Positions 34,419 to 41,891 of a DNA stretch of 64,000 nucleotides are shown one piece after another (positions within the stretch are counted from its first letter, which is position 1; each line of letters begins with the position of its first letter). The stretch lies in contig DATHUP010000051.1 in NCBI GenBank assembly GCA_035462175.1, positions 4,418 through 68,417 on the forward strand, read 5' to 3'. A model generated the notes under the pieces. The model saw nothing but the letters and a program-made list of their open reading frames with translations, was not told where the DNA came from and searched no databases. The DNA is from Acidimicrobiia bacterium (GTDB taxonomy: Bacteria; Actinomycetota; Acidimicrobiia; Spongiisociales; ZC4RG35). The position numbers were made by a program, and so were the translations under genes.

Positions 34419-35393
34419 TCACATGGTCAAGGCCATGACGGCCTTCTGGACGTGGAGCCGGTTCTCCGCCTCGTCGAACACCCAACTGTTCGGGCCGTCG
34501 ATGACCTGGTCGGTGACCTCGATGCCACGATCGGCGGGTAGACAGTGCATGTACCCCACCGAGTCCGAGGCTCGGGCCAGCCGGGTCTCGTCGGCGATCC
34601 AGTCCTGGTACTTGGCGGCGATGTCGGCCGACTCCTCCTGGTCGGAGGTGGTGAGCATGCATCCCCACGACTTTGGGTAGACCACGTCGGCTCCGTCGAA
34701 GCCGGCGTCGAAGTCGTCGAGGATCTCCAGCGACCCGTTCCCTACCCTGGCGTTCTCCTCTGCCTGGGCAATGATCTCGTCCTGGAGAAGGAACTCAGGA
34801 GGATGGGTGAGCCGGACGTCCATCCCGAAGCGGGGAAGGAGGAGGATCAGGCTCTGCGGCACCGAAAGCGGCTTCTGATACGAGGAGGCATAGGCCCAGG
34901 AGATGTTGACGGTGAGACCGCGCGGGTCGCCTTTCTTCTCCACGATGGTGAGAAGGTCGGCGAGGGCCTGGAACGGGTGGTACCAGTCGCACTGCATGTT
35001 GAGCACCGGCACCCGCGAGGCCTCGGCCACATCCCGGATGTAGCGATTGCCCAGGTCCCAATCCACTTGTCTGATGGCGAGGCCGTCGTTGTAGCGGCCC
35101 AGGATCTCGCCGATCTCCGTCGCCGTGTCGCCGTGGGCGATCTGGGTCGTCTTCGACTCGATGAACTGGGCGTGCCCTCCGAGCTGGGCCATGCCCGCCT
35201 CGAAGCTGGCCCGGGTCCGGGTCGAGGAGAAGAAGAAGAGCATGGCCAGGACCTTGTCCCGGAGCAGGGCGTGCTCCTCCCCGAGGGCGCGGCGTCGCTT
35301 AAGGTCGAGGGCGATCTCGAGGACGGTGTCGATCTCGTCCTTGGTCCACTCCTGGGTGGTGATCATGTCCCGGCCGCGTAGATGCGTTTGCAT
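34419..35393 (-). CDS. YgeW-like / OTC-fold carbamoyltransferase of unknown second substrate
   Basis: STRTRASFE (carbamoyl-P), HPFQALADL, HCLPADRG. YPKSWG occupies the place of the OTCase SMG ornithine motif. 324 aa. Confidence 0.85.
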   Translation of the reverse strand: MQTHLRGRDMITTQEWTKDEIDTVLEIALDLKRRRALGEEHALLRDKVLAMLFFFSSTRTRASFEAGMAQLGGHAQFIESKTTQIAHGDTATEIGEILGRYNDGLAIRQVDWDLGNRYIRDVAEASRVPVLNMQCDWYHPFQALADLLTIVEKKGDPRGLTVNISWAYASSYQKPLSVPQSLILLLPRFGMDVRLTHPPEFLLQDEIIAQAEENARVGNGSLEILDDFDAGFDGADVVYPKSWGCMLTTSDQEESADIAAKYQDWIADETRLARASDSVGYMHCLPADRGIEVTDQVIDGPNSWVFDEAENRLHVQKAVMALTM

Positions 35394-35395
35394 GC

Positions 35396-36349
35396 CTACT
35401 CCACCCCTCCGAGGACCAGGGAGAGGAGGGCCATCCGCATCACCACGCCGTAGTAGGCCTCTTGCCAGTAGCGGGCGTGCCGGGTGCCGTCGACGTCCGG
35501 GGGCAGCTCGTCCATGCGGGGCAACGAGTGGAGGATGATCGCGCCCGGCTTGGCCGACTCGGAAAGCAACTCCCGGGTGACCCGATAGTTGTCCGGCGTG
35601 GTGGGCAGCTCATCGCCACGCTGGTCGACTCCCTTGGTGTAGTCGGCCTGGACCACCGGCTCCATGTAGATCACGTCGGCCTCTGAGATCACGTCCCGCA
35701 CGTGCTCGGCCTCCCGGATCGTCAGGTTCTGCTCGGCCAACTCCTTCTTGAAGTCGTCGGTGAGCGACATCTCGGGGGGAGCGATGGCGATCATCTCCGC
35801 ATCGAACTGGGTGAGGGCGTAGCCGATCGAATGCATCGTCCGCATCCGCATATCGCCGATGCAGAGGAAGGTGAGCCCGTCGACGGTGCCCAGCTCCCGC
35901 TGCACCGTGTACAGGTCGGTGAGCACCTGGGTGGGGTGCTCCCCCCAGCCGTCGCCGGCGTTGATCACCGGGACCGATGACCACTTTGCCGCCTCATGGG
36001 GGGCTCCCTGTTGGAAGTGGCGCATCACTATGACGTCGCCGTAGTACTCCAGCATGTGGACGGTGTCCTTGATCGACTCCTGGTAGAAGTCGCCGGCGCG
36101 GGTCATCTTGGCGTCGGTGAACCCGGTGACCTGGCCCCCGAGACGGATCATGGCCGCCTCGTGGGCGAGTCGGGTCCGGGTCGAGGGCTGATAGAAGGCT
36201 GTGACCAGGGTCTTTCCGGTGAGGAGGTCGGTGTTCCGTCTCTCCCGGGCGATCGGTCCGAGCTCGTCGGCCACGGAGAACACATGGTCGAACTCCGCTC
36301 TCTCGAACCCGTTCAGCGACAGGATGTCGCGACCTGAGAAGCTGCGCAT
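35396..36349 (-). CDS. PyrB-like carbamoyltransferase with a non-canonical second-substrate site
   Basis: STRTRLAHE, HPTQVLTDL, GDMRMRTMHS, LHSLPRMDEL. The ATCase RxQxER motif is replaced by ..YMEPVVQADY... Start taken at ATG 36349 (MRSFSGRDILSL, RBS AAAGGA). GTG 36400 is an alternative. Confidence 0.85.
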   Translation of the reverse strand: MRSFSGRDILSLNGFERAEFDHVFSVADELGPIARERRNTDLLTGKTLVTAFYQPSTRTRLAHEAAMIRLGGQVTGFTDAKMTRAGDFYQESIKDTVHMLEYYGDVIVMRHFQQGAPHEAAKWSSVPVINAGDGWGEHPTQVLTDLYTVQRELGTVDGLTFLCIGDMRMRTMHSIGYALTQFDAEMIAIAPPEMSLTDDFKKELAEQNLTIREAEHVRDVISEADVIYMEPVVQADYTKGVDQRGDELPTTPDNYRVTRELLSESAKPGAIILHSLPRMDELPPDVDGTRHARYWQEAYYGVVMRMALLSLVLGGVE

Positions 36350-36400
36350 GAGGTCCTTTCGGGGCTTGTGTCCAAAGTACCCGGGGCGGCGGATGGCCAC

Positions 36401-36434
36401 ATAGGGCCTATTGCCACTGGATCTAGGGACCTAT
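36401..36434. promoter_or_regulatory. two related palindromes in the divergent promoter region (candidate operator)
   Basis: ATAGGgCCTAT (36401-36411) and cTAGGgaCCTAt (36423-36434), with centres about 22 bp apart. They lie between the two divergent operons of the catabolic locus. Confidence 0.35.
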
Positions 36435-36539
36435 CCGCAGGGTGAGGGGCGGGCTATGTCACTCCGACAAGGGTCTTTCGTCTCTGGCCGGTGGAGAGGA
36501 CGCTTGTGACGATGGTGACAACCAGCAAGGGACTGTCTC

Positions 36540-37562
36540 TTGTCATCGATCACACCGGGCCTGGTCTGCGGGCACCATCATCTCTATTCGGCGCTGGCCC
36601 GGGGCATGCCCTCACCCCCGGCAACCCCGACCAGCTTCGGGGAGATCCTCGAGTTGGTCTGGTGGCGTCTCGACCTCGCCCTCGACCTGGAGATGATCCG
36701 ATGGTCTGCCATGTTGGGAGCTCTGGAGGCTTTGGAGCACGGGACCACCGGCATCGTCGATCACCATGAGAGCCCGAATGCCATCGAGGGGAGCCTCGAC
36801 GTCATAGCCGAGGCCTGCGCCGAGGTCGGGGTCCGGGTGGTGTGCGCATATGGGGTGACCGATCGTCACGGCCCCGAAGGAGCGCGCAGGGGGTTGGAGG
36901 AGAATCGGCGTTTCCTGACCGAGGGCGGGAGGGGGCTGGTCGGGATCCACGCCGCCTTCACCTGCAGCGACGACACCCTCCACACGGCCGCAGCGGTAGC
37001 TGCCGACCTGGGGGTGGGGGTCCATGTCCATGTCTGCGAAGGCCCGGAGGATGCCGGTGCTCCGGAACGGCTCCGTGACTTGGCCCGGTCCGACTGGCTG
37101 CTCGCCCACTGTGTCCACCTTCCCGAGGACCCGGGCCTGCCCGGCACCATCGCCCACAACCCTCGGTCCAATCTGAACAACGCCGTGGGTTACGCCCGGC
37201 CCACCAGGTTCGGCAACCCGGTGGTCCTGGGCTCGGATGGGATCGGGGCGGCCATGCTCGAGGAGTTCCAAATCGCCTATCTGTGCCACCGGGATGCAGA
37301 TGTGACCGCTTCCCCGGACACCGCCTGGAGTTGGCTGGAGAACGGCCGGGCGCTGATCCCAGAGACCGCCGACGACATCGTGACCTGGTCCTACGACCCG
37401 ATGGAAACCTGGCATGTCGCTTTCACCCCCGCCATTCGCCCGCTGCAGGTGGAGATCGGTGGGGAGGTTGTGCTCAAAGACGGGCTCGCGACCCGGGTCG
37501 ATCCGGTAGAGGTCCGGGCCAAAGCCGCAGAACAAGCCGCACGGCTGCACTCGAGATTGTGA
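36540..37562 (+). CDS. SsnA-like amidohydrolase (chlorohydrolase/aminohydrolase superfamily), N-terminally short
   Basis: ITPGLVCGHHHLYSALARGMP (HxH metal site) sits almost at the N-terminus. Later metal ligands are HAAF, HVHVCE, HCVH and GSDG. TTG start at 36540. See the finding on a possible upstream frame. Confidence 0.8.
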   Translation: MSSITPGLVCGHHHLYSALARGMPSPPATPTSFGEILELVWWRLDLALDLEMIRWSAMLGALEALEHGTTGIVDHHESPNAIEGSLDVIAEACAEVGVRVVCAYGVTDRHGPEGARRGLEENRRFLTEGGRGLVGIHAAFTCSDDTLHTAAAVAADLGVGVHVHVCEGPEDAGAPERLRDLARSDWLLAHCVHLPEDPGLPGTIAHNPRSNLNNAVGYARPTRFGNPVVLGSDGIGAAMLEEFQIAYLCHRDADVTASPDTAWSWLENGRALIPETADDIVTWSYDPMETWHVAFTPAIRPLQVEIGGEVVLKDGLATRVDPVEVRAKAAEQAARLHSRL

Positions 37563-37569
37563 GGCGACT

Positions 37570-39351
37570 ATGACCGACCGCACCCCACCACTCACCCCTT
37601 ATCCATTGCGAGTGCTCCTCGGTCGCGTCGCTCATGAGTGGGAGACGAGGCACCGCATCTTCGACCTCCCCATCGCCCGGATCTTCGACGTCTCGGAGGG
37701 CCCCGATCTCGGCGCCGAGTTCATGGGGCGCCCTGCGGCGACACCAATCGGGCCGGCGGCAGGCCCTCACACCCAGATGGCGCAGAACATCGTGCTCGCC
37801 TGGCTGGGCGGCGCCCGAATCATGGAGCTGAAGACGGTGCAGGTCCTCGACGAGCTGGAGATCTCCCGACCCTGCATCGACATGGAGACCGTGGGCTACA
37901 ACGTGGAATGGAGCCAGGAGCTCAAGATCCGCCAGTCCCTCGAGGAGTACGTGAAGGCCTGGATGATGATCGAGATCCTGCGCGGGTGGCCGGAGTTGGA
38001 GCCGCACCTCGGCGCCGACCCTGGCCCCCACATCTTCGACATCTCGGTCGGTTACGACCTTGCCGGGATCTCCTCCCCGGAGATCGCAGGGTTCATCGAA
38101 GGGCTCGAGGACGCCACCGAGGTCATCGATCGTCTCCGAGTCGAAATCCCCGAGCCCTTCACGGCCTGGCGGGGCCACACTTTCCCGACCCGTGTCGCAG
38201 ACACGGTCACCCTGTCCACCTTCCACGGCTGCCCTCCAGGCGAGATCGAATCGATCACCAAGCACCTGATGACCCGGCATGGGCTCGACGTGGTGGTCAA
38301 GCTGAACCCGACCCTGCTCGGGTTCGAAGGCGTGGGGCAGATCGTCCACGAGCTTCTCGGCTACGAAGAGGTCGGCCTGCGCAAGGAGGACTTCGACGCC
38401 GATCTCCAGTTCGATCGGGGAGTGGAGCTGATCGACGGGCTGGCTCGTTTCGCCGCCGCCGAGGGGCGCCGGTTCGGGGTCAAGCTGTCCAACACCCTGG
38501 TGGTCGACAACCATCGCGATCGTCTCCCCGACACCCCGATGTATCTCTCCGGTCAGCCCCTGCATGTGGTCACCACTACCCTGCTCGGCAAGCTCGACCA
38601 AGCCCTCCCCGGGCTGCTCGGGGTGAGCGGCAGGGAGGGCCCGGTCCAGGTCAGCTTCTCGGCGGGGCTGACCAAGGACAACCTGGCCTCGGTCGCCGCT
38701 CTCGGGTTGACCCCGATGACGGTGTGCTCGGATTTGCTCAAACCCGGTGGCTACGGGCGGATCAAGCCGATGCTGGAAGGGTTGCAGAGGACGATGGAGA
38801 AGGCAGGTTGCCCCGATCTCGCCGCCTGGCGCCGACAGGCCGGGCCCGAGGCGGTCGCCGGCTATGTCGAGGGGCTGCGTCGTCCCGAGCAGGTCGAGCA
38901 CTACAGCCGGGCCGGGACCAGCAAGATGCCCAGGTCTGTCGACAGCGTGCTCGAGCGGTGGGGCTGTGTTGCCTGCAACTTCTGCGTCACCGTCTGCCCC
39001 AACGACGCTTTCGTCCGCCTACCCACCCCGGAGGGGATGGAGGTGGAGGGTCGGCAGCAGTACTTCTGTCTCGCCGAGCTGTGCAACGAGTGCGGCAACT
39101 GCACCACCTTCTGCCCCGAGATCGGCGAGCCCTGGCTGGTCAAGCCCCGGCTGTTCCTCGACGCCGGGCGTTTCGCCGCCGAGCCGGCCTCGCGGCCGGG
39201 CTTCCTGATCGAGGCCTTCGGTGATCGGATCTCGGTTACCCCCAAACCCGGCTACGAGGCCGACGTTGTCCCGCTCACCGACATCCTCAACGCCGAGGAG
39301 GGACTACCCATCCGCCCCGCCGATCTGGTGACGGCCTCAACCGTCGGCTGA
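37570..39351 (+). CDS. YgfK N-terminal-like protein: dihydropyrimidine/dihydroorotate-dehydrogenase-like barrel plus 2x[4Fe-4S] domain
   Basis: 593 aa. IGPAAGPHTQMAQNIVLAWLGGARIMELKTVQ resembles YgfK/DPD-like TIM barrels. Two CxxCxxCxxxCP motifs are present (CVACNFCVTVCP, CNECGNCTTFCP). No GltD-like NAD(P)H/FAD C-terminal module. Confidence 0.8.
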   Translation: MTDRTPPLTPYPLRVLLGRVAHEWETRHRIFDLPIARIFDVSEGPDLGAEFMGRPAATPIGPAAGPHTQMAQNIVLAWLGGARIMELKTVQVLDELEISRPCIDMETVGYNVEWSQELKIRQSLEEYVKAWMMIEILRGWPELEPHLGADPGPHIFDISVGYDLAGISSPEIAGFIEGLEDATEVIDRLRVEIPEPFTAWRGHTFPTRVADTVTLSTFHGCPPGEIESITKHLMTRHGLDVVVKLNPTLLGFEGVGQIVHELLGYEEVGLRKEDFDADLQFDRGVELIDGLARFAAAEGRRFGVKLSNTLVVDNHRDRLPDTPMYLSGQPLHVVTTTLLGKLDQALPGLLGVSGREGPVQVSFSAGLTKDNLASVAALGLTPMTVCSDLLKPGGYGRIKPMLEGLQRTMEKAGCPDLAAWRRQAGPEAVAGYVEGLRRPEQVEHYSRAGTSKMPRSVDSVLERWGCVACNFCVTVCPNDAFVRLPTPEGMEVEGRQQYFCLAELCNECGNCTTFCPEIGEPWLVKPRLFLDAGRFAAEPASRPGFLIEAFGDRISVTPKPGYEADVVPLTDILNAEEGLPIRPADLVTASTVG

Positions 39352-39439
39352 ACTCGGCACCCCGACTAGCCATTGGCGGTTTGGCGCGGCAATAACTGGG
39401 GAATGACTAGAAGCAAGCAGCCCAGGAGGGACCCGCATC

Positions 39440-40207
39440 ATGTACGTATTTGCCCAAGTCGATTTAGGAGAGACCCTCGGAAACGCCTGGGCCCGGGTGG
39501 TCGAACTGACCCCTCAGATCGCCCTCTTCCTGATCATTCTGATCGCAGGCTGGTTCGTGGCCAAGCTCATTGCGCGACTTCTCGACACCGTCTTGGAGAA
39601 GGTCGGCTTCGACCGATGGGTCGAGCGGGGCGGTGTGCGCAGGGCCTTGGGTCATACCACGTATGACGCCAGTGACCTGTTGTCCAAGATCGTCTTCTAT
39701 GCCCTGTTCCTGATCGTCCTGCAATTGGCGTTCGGTGTGTTCGGGGAGAATGCGGTGTCGGACCTGATCGATGGAATAGTTGCCTACCTGCCCAACATCT
39801 TCGTGGCCATCCTCATCATGGTGGTGGCCGCTTATCTGGCGACTGCGGTACGGGACATCGTGCGGGGGGCCATTGGCGGGACCCAGTACGGCAATCTCCT
39901 CGCAACCGGCGCTTACGCTGCGGTGCTGGTCATCGGCGTGTTCGCCGCCCTCGACCAGTTGAACATCGCCCCCAGTATCACCACCGGCCTGTTCTATGCC
40001 CTCCTGGCCATCGTCGCCGGGTCTGCCATCGTGGCCATCGGCGGAGGCGGCATCGTCCCGATGAGGAGCCGGGTCGAGCGGTGGTTGAGTTCGGTCGAGA
40101 GCGACATGGGCCGAGCCGACGCCTCACGCACGGCCGCGGCAACGCGACCTATCGAAGGGGAGCCAGCGCTGCCCCAGGATGAGGCTCGTCACAGACCAGA
40201 TCACTGA
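39440..40207 (+). CDS. membrane protein with repeated conserved-TM-helix motifs (CmpX-like)
   Basis: Four repeats of a TM helix plus amphipathic linker (QIALFLIILIAGWFVAKLIARLLD.., KIVFYALFLIVLQLAF.. etc.). RBS GGAGGGA. Confidence 0.7.
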   Translation: MYVFAQVDLGETLGNAWARVVELTPQIALFLIILIAGWFVAKLIARLLDTVLEKVGFDRWVERGGVRRALGHTTYDASDLLSKIVFYALFLIVLQLAFGVFGENAVSDLIDGIVAYLPNIFVAILIMVVAAYLATAVRDIVRGAIGGTQYGNLLATGAYAAVLVIGVFAALDQLNIAPSITTGLFYALLAIVAGSAIVAIGGGGIVPMRSRVERWLSSVESDMGRADASRTAAATRPIEGEPALPQDEARHRPDH

Positions 40208-40243
40208 CGTCCTCCCGTGAGGCAGAAGAAGGGAGAGCGGCGC

Positions 40244-40317
40244 GGTCGGGGTGCCGTTCGTCTCCTTCTTTGTCCCCTCGTGTCCTCCTTTGCGTTTGTA
40301 GGTTTGTTTGCACTGCC
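40244..40317. repeat. intergenic repeat copy A (related to 41532-41674)
   Basis: GTCTCCTTCTTTGTCCCCTCGTGTCCT (40260-40286) matches GTGTCCTTCTGCGTCCTCACGTGTCCT (41614-41640) at 22 of 27 positions. The flanking ..TGCG..TTTG(T/C)AG..GTTTG..CAC also aligns. Confidence 0.55.
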
Positions 40318-40326
40318 CGAAACGGA

Positions 40327-41298
40327 TTAGCCCGAGACGGATCGGGTGACGACCCATCTCGACACCGCTTCGAGATAAGAGCCGGGACACTCCTCGTGTG
40401 ACACGTGCCCGCAATCGGGGATGACGACCAGCTCAGACTCGGGCAGACCGCCGGCGAGTTCCACAGTTACATCAGTTGGCACCCAAGTGTCTTCCCCACC
40501 GGTGATGACGAGCAAAGGCTGGGACAATTCGGCCAGGCGGTCGCGAATGGAGTCCAAGTGTGGGGCGGCAGCTAAATGGGCGAGACCGATGTCCCAGGCG
40601 TGGGCTCCGAACGGCTGCCGGTACCCACCCAAGATGTCCTCGGTGATGCGCGTCGGGTCGTGATAGGCGGACTGCAGAAGTTGATCGACTCGATCGGCCG
40701 CCCGCCGGCCGACGAAACGAACGACTCTTTCACCCTGAGGTGTAGCCAGAAGCAGCCGCGCCAATCCACCCGGACCGGAGTCGAGGGCCGGTGACTCCAG
40801 CACCAGAGCGGTGACACGATCGGAATGGTCCAGGGCAAGGGCCGCCCCGATCTCGGCACCAGCCGAGTGACCTATCACTATCGCCTCTCTGATGTTGAGC
40901 TTATCGAGCAGCGAGATGGCGAGCCCGACCTGAGCGGGACTCCCGTAAGGGCTGTCACCGTCCCATTCCATGGGCCGCTCTGTGAGGCCAAAACCCACCC
41001 GGTCGAATGCCACAACCCTTCCTTGGCTGGCCAGGCCTTCCAACACCGGGTCCCAGCTGCGGGCGCTGGCTCCGAACCCGTGCAGGAGGAGGTAGACCGA
41101 CTCACCGGATCCGGCCTCCCGGTAGCGAACCTCGATTCCATTCAGCTTGACGAATCGGTCTTCGGGGTCGGCGAGCTCTCGAGGCGGGACTGTTTCGAGG
41201 TCAGGGAGGGGCAGCAGAAAGGGCACGATGAGAAGAAGGCCGGCGAGGGCCGTTGCGCTCCAGGCGATCCACCTCAGCCAGCGCGGTTGTTTCGCCAT
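40327..41298 (-). CDS. alpha/beta-fold hydrolase
   Basis: Signal-anchor N-terminus, HGFGAS oxyanion region, nucleophile elbow GHSAG, and late ..DCGHVSHEE catalytic His. Start set at ATG 41298. Confidence 0.85.
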   Translation of the reverse strand: MAKQPRWLRWIAWSATALAGLLLIVPFLLPLPDLETVPPRELADPEDRFVKLNGIEVRYREAGSGESVYLLLHGFGASARSWDPVLEGLASQGRVVAFDRVGFGLTERPMEWDGDSPYGSPAQVGLAISLLDKLNIREAIVIGHSAGAEIGAALALDHSDRVTALVLESPALDSGPGGLARLLLATPQGERVVRFVGRRAADRVDQLLQSAYHDPTRITEDILGGYRQPFGAHAWDIGLAHLAAAPHLDSIRDRLAELSQPLLVITGGEDTWVPTDVTVELAGGLPESELVVIPDCGHVSHEECPGSYLEAVSRWVVTRSVSG

Positions 41299-41449
41299 GC
41301 GGTGATCGTGGCAGGATGGTTGCCCTCGGCTCAATACGGACCGGTGGCCTGTTCGAAGGATCGTTTCGGTGGCGGTAGTTGGCTGTGGCGACGCAGATGG
41401 CCAAGAGCTCTCCGGTGCCCGTCGCATCTCCACCCCTGCGGGCTCATGG

Positions 41450-41477
41450 GAGTCGTCGACACCTCCGTAGACGACTC
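41450..41477 (-). terminator. hairpin immediately 3' of the displaced tRNA-Lys fragment
   Basis: GAGTCGTC (41450-41457) and GACGACTC (41470-41477) flank a 12-nt loop, 9 nt beyond the tRNA-fragment 3' end on the minus strand. Confidence 0.45.
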
Positions 41478-41486
41478 TCTAGTGGG

Positions 41487-41528
41487 TGGGTCCCGTGGGA
41501 CTCGAACCCACAACCAACGGGTTAAAAG
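41487..41528 (-). repeat. 42-nt exact copy of the 3' part of tRNA-Lys (anticodon loop to discriminator): att-type direct repeat
   Basis: tgggtcccgtgggactcgaacccacaaccaacgggttaaaag is identical to 42869-42910. Identity stops exactly at the anticodon loop. Confidence 0.88.
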
Positions 41529-41531
41529 ATC

Positions 41532-41674
41532 GCCGGGGCTCGTTGCGGTTGGTGTCCTCTGGTGTCCTTCTGTGAGGCATACGAGAGGAAATCCTCGCTG
41601 CCGAAGCTGGTTTGTGTCCTTCTGCGTCCTCACGTGTCCTTGCGGGCGTTTGCAGATCGGTTTGCACGACTGGC
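41532..41674. repeat. intergenic repeat copy B with four GTGTCCT motifs, adjacent to the att repeat
   Basis: GTGTCCT occurs at about 41553, 41563, 41614 and 41634. Copy B is related to copy A at 40244-40317 but carries an extra internal insert. Confidence 0.55.
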
Positions 41675-41891
41675 TGACGCGGTCTCTCCTGAACCCCTCA
41701 GCGCTGCCGTGCGTGGTTTACGTTCGGGAATGCCGTCTGGACCGTGACTTGCAAGCCGGCTAATTGACCTGTCTCGCCCTGATCCGGCGCGCACTCGGTG
41801 GGATTGCGGTTCTGGTGATCGCGGCATCCTCGTCGGACCCGTGCCACCATTGGGGACATGGAGTCCCGCGTAGTGCTGGCCAGGGACGGTC

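Noticed and set aside
41331-41667. ORFs 41331-41633 and 41479-41667 (and 42686-42895) containing ..WVRVPRDP..
   Set aside because: They are translations through the tRNA-Lys gene or fragment and the adjacent repeat DNA. No coding signal is present.
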